From NCBI GenBank assembly GCA_964016885.1, contig OZ024753.1, positions 22,630,001 through 22,694,000 of the forward strand: a stretch of 64,000 nt of DNA, in the 5' to 3' direction. Both the position numbers and the translations under genes were made by a program. This stretch comes from Eledone cirrhosa (lineage: Eukaryota). Under the pieces are notes generated by a model. That model ran no database searches, was not told the origin of the DNA, and saw nothing but the letters and a program-made list of their open reading frames with translations. Below, in pieces: positions 1-16,174 of this stretch; within the stretch, counting starts at the first letter, position 1; each line of letters starts with the position of its first letter.

Positions 1-971
1 TTAGATATTATTCTAATTTCTATGTTGTCTATGTTACCGTCATGTTGTTGTCTGGCATGTTCGTATAGTACTGACCCGTTTTTTCGTCCTTTTAGTTCCT
101 CCCAGTGTTGGTCTCTCCTTTCACCTATGCTACGAGCTGTCTCACCTATGTATGTTCTTGTCATGTTTCTGCAAGTACCCTTTGTAAATCTTATGCTATA
201 GACTACGTTTCTAGTTTTACAGTTTATCTGGGTGTTTACCTTACATACCCACTTAAAAATTAAGGTGGTAGAAAAGCCAGGAACCACCATAAAATCCCTG
301 ATCAGCAAAACCTACCCTTTTAAGAAAACCCACTGTACCAATAGGAAATGTATCATATGTAAGGTAAACCCCCAGATAAACTGTAAAACTAGAAACGTAG
401 TCTATAGCTTAAGATGTACAGAGGGTACTTGCAGAAACATGACAACAACATACATAGGTGAGACATCTCGTAGCATAGGTGAAAGGATAGACCAACACTG
501 GGGGGAACTAAAAGGACGAAAAAACGGGTCAGTACTATACGAACATGCCAGACAACAACATGACGGTAACATAGACAACATAGAAATTAGAATAATATCT
601 AAACATAGAAATGACCCAGCAGATAGGCAAATTAGAGAGGCCAGTGAAATAGAGAGAGGCTAGTGAAATAGAACTTAGAAGACCAAGACTAAACAGAAAG
701 AATGAATGGAATAACAACAACACCCAAACAAACAACACTGATCTAAGAGAAGTATAAATAAGTAAATAAAATAAAATAAATAAATAAATAAATAAATACA
801 TACACAAGCACATAAACACACACTAGTTACCCAATCATGAACACACATCACACATCAAACAAAACACTATACACACACGCAAACGCATGCGCAAAGAAGA
901 CAAAATAAAATGAACAAACAAGCAAATAAATAAATAAATATATAAACAGACTGAATAAAAATGGCGTAGAC

Positions 972-975
<4 letters not shown>
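1..975 (+). mobile_element. Penelope-like element fragment: GIY-YIG endonuclease region plus 3' UTR (246-975) preceded by an inverted copy of the same coding region (1-245)
   Basis: ORF 232-663 has C..C..C linker, NVVYSLRC, YIGETSRS, ERIDQH, LYEH motifs; 1-245 is the reverse complement of part of it; near-identical to the copy at 34650-35630. Confidence 0.85.
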
Positions 976-1066
<91 letters not shown>

Positions 1067-1069
<3 letters not shown>

Positions 1070-1198
1070 CGAAGGAAATGTGGTAAGGAACCAGGTGGAC
1101 CATAACGCACCAAAGTTTCGACGGCTAATTCTGGACTAAATTAGTCCAGAATTAGCCGTCGAAACGGCTTGAGCTCAGCCGTCGGGGTCCTACTCGTT
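1067..1198. repeat. Rearranged 3' tail of the PLE family seen at 41412-43827 (further copies 15011-15198, 61701-61846)
   Basis: Shared ttagtccagaattagccgtcgaaacggcttgagctcagccgtcgggg and accacatttccttcgtt; internal inversion; flanked by (TA)n. Confidence 0.75.
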
Positions 1199-1225
1199 CA
1201 TATATATATATATATATATATACAC

Positions 1226-1306
<81 letters not shown>

Positions 1307-2123
1307 AGGAAAATTCGAAGTTGAAGCTGTGAGGGTCCTTTATAAATTGAGCCGTTATACATATTACAATGACGATAGATATCGTGATTTCTTCAGACAG
1401 TAAAAATTGATTAAAAGGTTTAACATTTCCGAGGCTATTTTGAGTGGAAGGGAGCGGACTAAAAAAATGTATGTTTTTGCTTTGAGTGTTCACTCCCTTC
1501 TGACTTTCAGAACATCCCGACAGCCCTGCTTAGTCACAGGGATGTGGGTGGCTGACCACTCGACTACAACCAAGAATACCACCAACCTTATTTATTCTCT
1601 CTATTTACTGTTAGCTTTGGTAGCCAGCAGAATTTTAGTACATTCGTACCCATTACCCGTTTATGGCGGGATAATATACAGACCATCCACCCGAAATTAA
1701 GAAACTTACCTACTGCTATGGTTAATATAATTTATCATAGAAAATATTAAAGGTTTCGCATCCTGAAAATACAAAAATTCTAAAATTCAGACGTTAAAAG
1801 TTAAAAGTTAGACGTCCAGAAAACTAGACAACAGTCAATATGCTAAGAATAATATCTAACTGGCAAAGTGTATATTGGTATTAGGGATTGTGTTCAGGGT
1901 TGGATATTAACTTGTAATGACCCCTACTGGAAAAAAAAACTGGCCTCTTGTCGAGGATATTGAAAGTATCTAATGTAACGAATGTAAAAATTAAATAATC
2001 AAGTAGTTGGTATCTGGTCAATCAGTGGAGACAAATAATGCATTGATGATTTAAGGAAAGATGTAAGAAGAGGTAGAAATGAGTAAGGATAAACTGGAAA
2101 AATGGGATTATAAAGAGAATAAA

Positions 2124-2190
<67 letters not shown>

Positions 2191-3483
2191 AATAAAGTAA
2201 GGAGAGCTGGACTGCGTACGGTTTATAATTTTTTATCCCCTTAGTAAAATAAGTTGGATTACTTTGAATAAATAATGAATGATAATTTCATAATTTATCT
2301 ACTTAATTTCGTGGCTGTTCATTAAATATATTTTATTGTTTATTTAAAGATTCACTTCTTTAAAATTTTCAAATGTCAACACTTCCCGTTAGCGATCGCT
2401 TAAATAAACATTCATATATATTTCCGTCACTAATTTTCTCATAATGCAGTTTAACATATCATGGATTACGTTACTGATTACATAAGACAGTGTAACACAG
2501 TCTTCGTTCAATTTCTGTGTATATTGTCAATTACGATTTTATTTGATGTATCATATCTACATGTATAATATCAATATACACACTACACATGCTAGCAGAA
2601 AAACCACCAGTGTAATTAAGTAATAGAGATGTGTGTATGTGTTGAATTTTGACATAATGTTTTAAATAAAATGTCTATAAAGATGGAAAACAGCGTGAAG
2701 GTCACGTCTGGAATGTCTGTAATCATATGTCAGCTGGATAAACGATGTCAAGAGACACAAGAAGTGGTTTGTAGCAATAACAGTCAGAAATAGTGGTGGT
2801 GAGGATGTATAATAGAAGAGGGAGAGAGAGAAAGGGAGAATGAGGGAGAGGGGAAGAGAAATAGGAAAACAGAGAGAGAAAAAGTGAAAGACTGAAAGAG
2901 AGACGAAGAAAGATGAGAGTGAGAAATAGCGAAAGAAGGAGGGAGAAGTAAAAGAGTAAAAGAGAAAGGGAGAAAGGGACGAAAGATAAAGCAAAAGACG
3001 GAGGGGGAAGTGAAATAGTAAAAGAGAGAGGGAGAAAGAAGAGAAATAAATAAAAGGATAGAGGAGGAAGAAAAGTAAAAGGGAGAGGGAGAATGAGGCT
3101 AAAAATAAATTAAAAGAGGGAGGGGAAAGAGTAAAAGAAAGATATTAGTTGTAGTGTGAGACTAGTATGACACAACTTCCTGTTAGTAATGCATGCTGGA
3201 AGAGAGCGAAATTCAAAATAACATCCGTTTATGGCTTATTTCTGTTTAACAATATTTTAACATAACTTTACCGGATAAACTTTATCGCGCCATTAGTTAC
3301 AGGTATTTAATTATTTATACTGTTTATACACCTTTGAAACTAATATAATAATTAAGTATTTAATGTGTCACTAACTTCACCTGCTGTTTTGTTAATTATA
3401 TGTCTTTAGCTTTAAATTTGTGTAGTTGGTTGTTTAGTATTTAAACTTGATAACTTTAATATTCCGCTTTAATTATATCAGTT

Positions 3484-3563
<80 letters not shown>

Positions 3564-3619
3564 ATATACAAAGTTTTAAAACGATCAAATTTTAGTTTAG
3601 AACATTTATTAGCTGACAA

Positions 3620-5120
3620 TTGTTTCTTCCTGGAAATTGTTTCATCCTTGAGTTCAACAATGAATATTGGACCAGAGCTGATACCTCTAACAACTTCGAC
3701 ATCACAATGGGAGCATCTGATTTATCCCAATTGACAGATTTAATTGGTATCTTTATTTTGAACTCTTTGAGTCGGAAAATTCCTCAACTTCGCGGTGGAA
3801 TTTATCGTGACGATGGACTCTTTACTATCTTAAATTGCAACACAGTTAACCTTAATATTATTAAGAACAATATACGTAATCTCTTTAACCAACATAACCT
3901 AAAAATTGAATTTGATAACAGCATCAAACTAGCTAATTTCTTGGATGTATCTCTTAATCTTGACACTGGCCTATATTACCCTACCCATAAAAACAATGAG
4001 AACCTAAATTATGTTAATTTTAAATCTAACCACCCTACCAATATTAAGAATGCCATAGTTAGTAATATAGGAAAAAGAATATCTAACCTATCTTCTAATA
4101 AAAACATCTTCGATGCTAACGCCAATTACTATAATAACGCTCTTTCTAAAGCCGGCTATCCTGATAAAATCAAATATAATAAAGAAACAAATTCTAGAAG
4201 ATCTTACAGTAGAATAATTAATCATAATCATGATCATTCCAATAACTTTAATAAAAGACCTAGATACAAAAACATAATCTGGTATAATGCTCCTTTCTCC
4301 ATCTCTATTAATAATAATATTCCTAAATTATTCTTTAGTGCCTTAAATAAATGCTTCCCTCCCTCACATATCTATAGTAAACTATTTAACAAACACACTA
4401 TAAAATTTTCCTATTCGACATCCTCCAACATTTCCAACATTATCTCTAAACACAACAATAAAATACTAAATACTAAATCTCTTCCTTCCAACACTGAATA
4501 TCATAATAATAGTAATAGTACTCCCGACGTCATTGTAAACTCTAGGCTAATTTCTGCAAACCCAAATACAACGTCAAACACAACTTCGCTAAATGTTCTT
4601 AATCCCATTCTAAATCAAGAAACTATTATTCCTATCGCAAACAACTTCTCCAATCCAATTCCTTCTATAGATAACACTAGGTCACTCGTTAATAATCTCT
4701 CTAATCCCAATTGCAATTGCCCTGCTAAAAATAAATATCCTCTCAACAACCATTGTCTTGATAAAAACTTAATTTACGAATGTAAAGTTATAACTGACAC
4801 CAATTCCTTCACCTGTTTTGGCTCCATTTCCACCCCTTTAAAGCTCGTCTTTATAATCATCATTCGTCTTTTAAATATAAACTTAAAAGAACCAACACCG
4901 CTCTCTCAGAACTCATATGGTCCTTGAAAGACAAAAATATTAAATATAACATCTCTTGGAAAAAGGTTTCCTCTGCTTGAACAGTTCTCTATCCAAGACT
5001 TTCAATCTCTGTCTAAATGAAAAATTTACCATTATTTCTAATTTAGATTCTATAATAAATAGACGCACTGACTTGTTTTCTATCTGCTTGCATAAATTCC
5101 ACAGAACTTTCCATAAAGTA
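3620..5120 (+). pseudogene. PLE reverse transcriptase/GIY-YIG polyprotein, truncated and frameshifted
   Basis: RT motifs YRDD and FLD; similarity to the intact C-terminus at 26516-28219 is lost after a frameshift near 4830. Confidence 0.85.
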
Positions 5121-5494
5121 TAGAGCTAATATGATAAACTTTATCAATTCAGAATCCTTTTCTCAAAGGCACATATATATATATACTTCTTTAAAAATAT
5201 ACCCATCTTTCAACCTTATTTCAAAGTTATTTATTATATTTATTATATTCTACATCACTCCTAATTTCTAACCCCTAATCTGTACCTTTTCTCACTGTGC
5301 CTAACATAGAAACAATTATTACACAATACACCATATTCTTACTTCATATCACCTTGAAAAAATCCTTCGTAAACATAAACATTTTTTGACGTTAGATTAT
5401 TCATCCTCTATTCATTATTTTTTTCTTCCTTTCATCTAACTTATTCATGCTCATCTCACAATATATCCTTACTTACATTACTTCTGTTTTTTTT

Positions 5495-5670
5495 AATAAT
5501 ACATATCAACATTTTCTTTCCATCGCACATATTATTAAACCCTTAAATATTATTCTTAATACATATTAACATTTTCTTTCCATCGCACATATTATTAAAC
5601 CCTTAAATATTATTCTTAATACATATTAACAATTTCTTTTCATCGCACATATTATTAAACCCTTCAATAT
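5495..5670. repeat. ~60-bp minisatellite, about 3 copies, inside PLE 3' UTR
   Basis: Repeated aatacatattaacattttctttccatcgcacatattattaaaccctt; inverted counterpart at ~33775-33950. Confidence 0.8.
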
Positions 5671-6023
5671 ACAAACCTTAACTTTACATTATTTTTCTCT
5701 TCGTTAATTTTCAAATTCTTTTAATTTATACATTATCTTCCAACGGTTTTTTCAACCTCTCTATGTAAAACAATATATTTTTCTCAGTTATAAAAGCTAT
5801 CTCTCTCTCTCTATCACCCATCTCTCCTCCTATCTCATCCTTCCTCACTATAATCCTCCCCCTCCACTTTTTACTCTCATCTCCTCCTCTTTTTCATCCT
5901 TTCCACCCCCCCCCCCTCAAATTTTTTTCCCGATATCACACATCAATCTAAAACTACTTTTCATATGTTGATTTAAAACTGCACTATCCACAAGTGTTTT
6001 TTAACCTTCATATCATCTCCTCC

Positions 6024-6093
6024 TATTTTATCTGATGAAAACACAAATGTTATTGCATGATGCTATTTGTTTTTGAAATGCGCATAATAAAAT
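6024..6093 (+). ncRNA. Type I hammerhead ribozyme
   Basis: Stem I tattttat/ataaaata, CTGATGA at 6032, stem II aaacacaaat/atttgttttt, GAAA at 6075, palindromic stem III atgcgcat, AUA site. Confidence 0.8.
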
Positions 6094-6218
6094 ACATGGA
6101 ACTCATTTAACCATCTTTTGATCTTATATATTATGTATACTCCAGTCCTACAAACTGTAGAGTGCTTCTTATCCGATATCTGCATTGCTTTTTTGTACTA
6201 CAATAAAACTCACCTCCT

Positions 6219-6251
<33 letters not shown>

Positions 6252-6294
6252 AATATTACTATATAATATATATATATATATAAATATAAACAGA

Positions 6295-6690
6295 TAAAAT
6301 GAAACGATATTTCATTTCTCACTCTTAGTACGGCTGTTACTTAAATATAAGTATGTACACGTACATACATATATGTATACAGACGTACAGTAGTATCTAT
6401 ATATATATACATACATGCACACATATATATATATGTACGTATGGATTCACCGAATATTTATTATAATGCTCGGTGTGTTTGTAGACAGTGTCTAGCAACC
6501 ATCGTTGCTCATTTGTTCAACACTGACAAAGGAACGATGTACTAGTTTCAAGCTTATTAGCTATCGTCAGCAACGTATACCTTCCTGCCAGATGATTGAA
6601 CGTCTGAAAGTATATACTTATGCATATCAACGGCTGAGCAGCCTAATTTGCATATCGAGTGAGTTAATCGGCCGGGATACCAGTAGTCTA
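6295..6690 (-). mobile_element. Non-coding HHR-bearing dispersed repeat (family D)
   Basis: Matches 39494-40125, 41075-41255, 46290-47030, 25050-25150; HHR at 6534-6576. Confidence 0.7.
6534..6576 (-). ncRNA. Minimal type I hammerhead (family D)
   Basis: Minus strand acgttg CTGACGA t agct aata agct t GAAA ctag TA catcgt; palindromic stem III actagt. Confidence 0.75.
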
Positions 6691-6794
6691 TAGTATATAT
6701 ATATATATATATTTATTAAAATAACAGATTAAAGTTTAAGCAAAGAATCGCTGCTTTCACCCTTAACGAGATCTTCTGAAACTATATATATATA

Positions 6795-7603
6795 CTATAG
6801 AGTAAAGCATGTCCAGAGAATTATTTGATAATATATATACATCATCTCTACTCCCAATCAGCATAATTAACCACACAAAAAATCAATTAGACCAGGCTAT
6901 AAGAATAAAAGGCACCTATGAAGAAACAGTAAATAAATACGCCACAGCAGCGTCTTCGCGTCCAACCGCTATAGGATATTTACCCAACATTTCAACAGCA
7001 CGTGGAAATTAATTAAATATACGGTAAACCATACATAATTAGGTAAAATTAAAGTTAGAAATGCTTATATACATACCAGGATTAAATCACTAAATCCCGA
7101 CACATGGGTTTCGCTCACTTTTGAGATACCTTATTAAAGATGAATCTCGACTTTAGAGCTCTTCACGGGACAAACTCGCTAGGACAGATTATTTTCCGAA
7201 GTGGCCCCCGCCAACCACGAATTCATAATGGTTGAGAACTGTGACGTGGCAGTGGTCAAGTCAGGAAGGATGTGATTGGTTGCTTACGGCGAGTGGGTTG
7301 GTTGCTAGAAAGCTCAGGCCAATATCGCCCAAATTGTATCTCAACCTTATGGGAGATTATTAAATATAAATATTTACACATACACCAATTAAACAAAGTC
7401 ACAGATATATATCTGTTTTGGCAACTATTCACGATGTGGCTCAATGAAGAATTAATAAATTAAACAATCAGAGCAAAATACTATAGAGAAAGACATGTCC
7501 AGAGAATTATTTGATAATATATATACATCATCTCTACTCCCAATCAGCATAATTAACCACACAAAAAATCAATTAGACCAGGCTATAAGAATAAAAGGCA
7601 CCT
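6795..7603 (-). repeat. 686-bp unit with ~120-bp direct terminal repeat and a degenerate hammerhead
   Basis: atgtccagagaattatttg...ggcaccta at 6809 and 7495; minus-strand tccc GTGAAGA gctc...gagc GAAA cccatgtg TC ggga at 7095-7170. Confidence 0.6.
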
Positions 7604-7636
7604 ATATATATATATATATAGTAATATTTCTATATA

Positions 7637-7712
<76 letters not shown>

Positions 7713-7739
7713 ATATTTATATATATAGTAATATTTCTA

Positions 7740-7816
<77 letters not shown>

Positions 7817-7847
7817 ATCTTTATAAATATATATATATATATATATA

Positions 7848-9580
<1,733 letters not shown>

Positions 9581-9648
9581 TAATACATATTACTGTATAT
9601 ATATATATATATGTATAGAAGTGGTTACACAACAGTTAGTTCACCATA

Positions 9649-9688
9649 CCGAGAACAATTGTTTCACCTTAGCGGATCTTCAGCTCGG
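9649..9688 (-). ncRNA. Minimal type I hammerhead, inverted partner of 9913-9952
   Basis: Exact reverse complement of 9913-9952. Confidence 0.8.
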
Positions 9689-9912
9689 AATGGGCATGGT
9701 TATAGGAACAGGAAGGACAACCGTACGAACGCGCATACGCAGAAATCCGGTCACCTCAGACAGGCAATACTAGACTGCGTGCGAGAGGTGTAAGGGAGAT
9801 AATTGCGAAAGTCCGAAAAGTTTTTAGGTTGTAAATAAAATCACAAAGAATCAGTCCGGAGCCTTGTAGTTATGCTATAGGTGTCCTGCTTGTTCCTATA
9901 ACCATGCTCATT

Positions 9913-9952
9913 CCGAGCTGAAGATCCGCTAAGGTGAAACAATTGTTCTCGG
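9913..9952 (+). ncRNA. Minimal type I hammerhead
   Basis: ccgag CTGAAGA t cc gctaa gg t GAAA caattg TT ctcgg; palindrome aacaattgtt; GUU site. Confidence 0.8.
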
Positions 9953-10119
9953 TATGGTGAACTAACTGTTGCGTAACCACTTCTACCTAACTCGTCCATT
10001 GGACTGAGTGCTCTACCACTACGGATATTACCTTCCAGTGTTCCACCACTATATATATATATATATATATATAAATATTACTATATATATATATATATAA
10101 ATGTTACTATATATATATA

Positions 10120-11322
10120 TAGAAAAGATGAATATAAAATGAAAGTGCTTCTATAAAGGAATTTATTAGGTATTGACATATGTTTCTGTAACAGACGGAA
10201 TACCTATGTATCGCTGCTTGCGTAATCATATAATGTTAGCAATTATTCGATAGCAAATGTATAATCAGTTGTCACTTCTTCAGAGATATTGGATAAATTG
10301 GAAAAAATCAGAAAAATTGAAGTATTTATATTAGTTGTAAGAAAGGAAGAAGAGAGGGGATAGTATATGACAGATGGCAATTCAATTTACTGGTAAAGAA
10401 GTATATAAAAGTTTTCTAATGAGAATACAATGAGTATGTGGTTTATTTTATCTAAATAAGAATTTTTGGGAGTGCCTATTTTAATCTATACTTGACCAAT
10501 TGAACAATGGACAGTCTCTATTAGTCTTAATTCTATCAAATCTTCTATTCTTTACCATTTAATATAAACTGCTATAGATAAAATGAGATTTCTTAATTCA
10601 ATTCCCTAATGCATATATCAGCAGGCTACCAGCATTGTTGTTATTCAGTAGCAGTGAAAACCTCCCTCTTCCTTAATTGACACTTTATATCTATTAATAC
10701 TACTACACCAAACGACCATTGTTCAATTGTTCAATTGGTCAAGTATAGATTAAAATAGGCACTCCCAAAAATTCTTATTTAGATAAAATAAACAATATAC
10801 TCATTGTATTCTTATTAGACCCCTTTATATACTTGTTTACCAGTAAATTGAATTGCCATCTGTCATATACTATCCCCTCTCTCCTTCCTTTCTTACAACT
10901 AATATAAATACTTCAATTTTTCTGATTTTTACCAATTTATCCAATATCTCTGAAGAAGTGACAACTGATTATACATTTGCTATCGAATACTTGCTAACTC
11001 AAATCCCGTCGAGGTTAACTTTGCCTTTCATCCTTACGGGGTCGATAAAATAAAGTACCAGTAATGCACTGGTGAATTGCTGGCCTTGTGCCAAACGTAG
11101 AAACAATTATATGATTACGCAAGCAGCGATACATAGGTATTCCGTCTTTTACAGAAACATATGTCAATACCTAATAAATTCCTTTATAAAAGCACTTTCA
11201 TTTTATATTCATCTTTTCTACATTTTCTCCGGAATATAATTTATACTCGTTGAGCAAACCTACACGTACGCTGTTCATCTCTAACGTGACGATATATTAT
11301 CACTACATTATTGATAACCTGA

Positions 11323-11330
<8 letters not shown>
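10120..11330. mobile_element. Fold-back solo pLTR-like element: ~390-bp inverted arms (10120-10510 and 10716-11220), each with a long-stem-II hammerhead
   Basis: Arms are reverse complements; CTGAAGA a gtgaca...tgttac a GAAA catatg TC at 10160-10299 (-) and 10934-11180 (+, interrupted by a SINE). Confidence 0.75.
10999..11105 (+). mobile_element. 5'-truncated tRNA-derived SINE inserted in one arm of the fold-back
   Basis: Absent from the opposite arm; nearly identical to 25393-25505. Confidence 0.8.
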
Positions 11331-12046
<716 letters not shown>

Positions 12047-12072
12047 TTCTGCGTTTACAGATTGACTTTGTT

Positions 12073-12123
12073 AGTTTCAGAAGATCCCGTTAAGTGTGAA
12101 AGCAGCGATTCTTTGTTTAAACT
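12073..12123 (+). ncRNA. Hammerhead-like motif with CAGAnGA core (family F; copies 6733-6783, 15639-15688, 40778-40828 on minus)
   Basis: agttt CAGAAGA t ccc gttaa gtg t GAAA gca...tgt TT aaact; stems retained across copies. Confidence 0.55.
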
Positions 12124-12268
12124 TTAATCTGTTATTTTAATAAATATTTGTTCTACGGTTCTTATATATTTGATATATATTTATCCTTATCGAGCCTGTT
12201 TTATTTTAGTCTTCAAATTTATTATTATTACTATATATATATATATATATATATATTACTATATATAT

Positions 12269-12311
12269 ATCACTGAAGAGGTCACAGAATATGTGACGAA
12301 AGAACTTTGAC
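12269..12311 (+). ncRNA. Minimal hammerhead at the start of a solo pLTR (12270-12462; same family as 44614-44812)
   Basis: tca CTGAAGA g gtcaca gaata tgtgac GAAA gaac TT tga. Confidence 0.7.
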
Positions 12312-12457
12312 AATATATAAACAATCATCTGGTTGTGGAACCAACCAACCAAGCGGAAATTTATAAATTCCTAAATTTATAAATGTATTATAATAAATTG
12401 AAGTGAAAACAATTGGTGCGTGTGTTTCTTATTGGCAACATGACCCTCCCAAAGTAT

Positions 12458-12520
<63 letters not shown>

Positions 12521-12622
12521 ATATATATTACTATATATACGTTATTCCGGGTTGGATCGGAGGTAACCACAGTAAGTAAGGTACTCAATACATAGCAGAG
12601 TATAACAGTTTTAATATAGATG

Positions 12623-12673
12623 AGATTCTACAGGACTAGAACTGTTTCATTCATTAGAAATCATCAGGAATCT
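12623..12673 (-). ncRNA. Type I hammerhead with 4-bp stem III
   Basis: Minus strand agattc CTGATGA t ttc taat gaa t GAAA cag ttctagtc ctg TA gaatct; GUA site. Confidence 0.8.
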
Positions 12674-13394
12674 GGGTATCAAAAAATAAATATGGTATTT
12701 ATAGGTCTCTACAAGTGGTAGGAGAGGGTGGGGAGTGGGATGGGTGCAGGTCATTGGTTGATAGAAAAGGGAATTCATTAAAAGCTAATTCTACAAAGCT
12801 ATAGTTAATTTTTATTTTTATTTATATTTATTTATGTTTTTAGAGTAACAAAGGCAGACAGAATTCTATAAACAGGTTTCGGATGGCATACCATTCCTTG
12901 TCAATAAGTTTCTCTTAAGCTAACAGATGTCTATAAAATCAGTGGGGGGTCAGTCATGCTCGATAGAATTAAAGAAAAGGGAGATTCTTTAAAAGCTAAA
13001 GTCATTAAGGTTCTACTAAGTGACAAAGGTCTAGAGAATTCTGCAGACAGATTCAAAATACTGAGTGCATATCTTACTATTATCTTCGAATTTCTCTTAA
13101 ACTAATCAACAATATGCCAAAAATCAACAGACACATTCACAAAAAAACAAAAAAACAAAAAAACAAAAAAACAGAAAAACAAAAAAACACACATAAAAAA
13201 CAAAAAAACACACATACTCACTCACACACTTACGCGCAACCATAAACACACAGACAAACACATATACACACATAAAAACACACACACATATATAAAAAAA
13301 TATATAAATATATATAAATATATATTCATGTACACACACATACATACACACATACATACATACTTACATATATAATACATATACACATACACAT

Positions 13395-13490
<96 letters not shown>

Positions 13491-13492
<2 letters not shown>

Positions 13493-14098
13493 TGGCTGCC
13501 AACTCGTTTTCGAGTACGGCCACTACTTTATATCCATGTAGGAGAACCCCTACTGATGCGCTGAACGAGTGTGACTTTTTAGTCCAGCCAGCGACTTGAA
13601 AGCTCTGGTACAAACACTACACTTGTGACAATTATTGACACATAGTGCTGGGCCCATGGTACCATGTGACGACAAATGCAGAGAGATCTCCAGATATAAA
13701 GCAATGCCTGTGCCGTGAAGCTTTTATAGTGAGCAAAGGCACTGCACAAAGCCAGTCCCACTCTCTTAACCAAGATGATATTTACCAAAAAGAAGAACAA
13801 GTCAACATCATTGGATACCATCAGGGTTGCAGGTGTTATATCAGAGTTTTCCTTCTCCTAGAATTCTGCCTTGACAAAGGCTAAGGGGTCATCTCTCCCG
13901 GTGATTTTGGATGGCCATTGACTCTTAAGAGCTCCTTTGCCTTTTGACAGGTTTTATTTTTAGTCCTGCAGGATGTCCAAAGTCACCCTCCTCACCAAGA
14001 AACCTTGGTGGGGTTGCCAGTTTAGTCGCCAACGACCCGACCATGGGACAGGTTGTACTGGAATACATGTTACCAGTAGCACCAACTGGTGACCTGAC
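13491..14098 (-). mobile_element. Unclassified GC-richer interspersed repeat, possibly an RTE-type 5' region or derived SINE
   Basis: Sharp compositional island between (TA)n tracts; no protein motif; family assignment is a guess. Confidence 0.3.
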
Positions 14099-15014
<916 letters not shown>

Positions 15015-15279
15015 AACGAGTAGGACCCCGACGGGTAATTCTGGACTAGTCTGAACTTTTAGTCCAGAATTAGCAGTCGAAACGGCTTGAGCTCAGCCGT
15101 CGGGTCCTACTCGTTCCTATTACCCACTCTACTACCCAAAGTATTGAGTACTTTGGTGCGTTATGGTCCATCTGCTTCCTTACCACATTTCCTTCGTTAT
15201 ATATATATACATATATATATATATATTACTATATATATATATATTACAATATATATATGTATATATATATATATATATA

Positions 15280-16066
15280 CTAACAGAATGGCCCGGCGTT
15301 GCTCGGGATTTGCTATAGGGTTCTTATATATTTGATATATATTTATCCTTATCGAACCTCGTGAAATAAATACGTTTGTTTATATTTTGTTATTGTGTAT
15401 GCAGAAATATCTGTCCATAAATATATAATTATATATATATATATATTAAAATAAGAGACTAAAGTTTAAGCAAAGAATCACTGCTTTCACCCTTAACGGG
15501 ATATTCTACCTAAAAGCAGTATGAAGTACATACACTAAGACTAATTGATGTAATCGTTGGCCTTGTTTGTTTATATTTTGTTTTTGTGTATCCAAAAATA
15601 TCTGTACACGAATATCTATATTAAAATAACATATTAATGTTTAAGCAAAGAATCGCTGCTTTCAACCTTAACGGGATCTTCTGAAACTAAAAAAATCAAT
15701 CTGGAAAACAGGAAGACGATTCTTTGGTTCGTAAAGACGTTCCCTGGCATAAACATATATATACACACACACAGTGAACGCGTCATAATGAGGTAATGCA
15801 GACAGGCAGGCATACAGACAGATATTATGAATGCGCGACGTCATATCTATGTATCTATCTAAAAAGAGAAAGACTAAGAGAAAGAGAAAGAGATTGCTAA
15901 ATCGCCTAATGCGGTCCCTAGGGCATTGAAAATTTGAAACTTTTTTGCTCAAATCCCTTCCGGGGTCATACTAGTTACATGTATAAAGTTTGAAAAAAAC
16001 CGGTTAGGTACTTCTCGAGTTTTAGGGAAACAGGCACACAGACATCCTCTGTTTTATATATATAGA
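15280..16066 (-). mobile_element. Non-autonomous Helitron containing family F hammerhead-like sequence
   Basis: Minus strand starts A|TCTATATATATAAAA followed by ctgt-like repeats; ends with hairpin cccgagcaacgccggg then TTAG|T. Confidence 0.65.
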
Positions 16067-16069
16067 TAT

Positions 16070-16124
<55 letters not shown>

Positions 16125-16174
16125 CGGTATTCTCTCTCACTTAAACATACTCAGGTTTTTTCCTTTTTCTTAGA

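Larger units (their letters stand above)
3584..6220 (+). mobile_element. 5'-truncated Penelope-like element (RT C-half, linker, decayed GIY-YIG, long 3' UTR/pLTR with hammerhead)
   Basis: ORF 3620-4927 with FDITMG, GIYRDDG, NFLDVSLNL, SNHP, WYNAPFS, CNC..PLNNHC; frameshifted EN to ~5120; HHR at 6024; (TA)n at both ends. Confidence 0.85.

Noticed and set aside
1352-1400. Minus-strand hammerhead ctgt CTGAAGA...GTAA tatgta TA acgg
   Set aside because: GAAA is mutated to GTAA and there is no second copy to establish a consensus; counted only as a degenerate motif
2662-3140. Hydrophobic F/S/L-rich ORF on the minus strand
   Set aside because: Translation of a low-complexity purine tract, similar to the skewed 3' UTRs of nearby PLEs
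3584-3700. PLEs at 3620 and 26450 both appear truncated just before the FDxTMG motif
   Set aside because: Two cases are too few, and the 5' boundary of the first is uncertain
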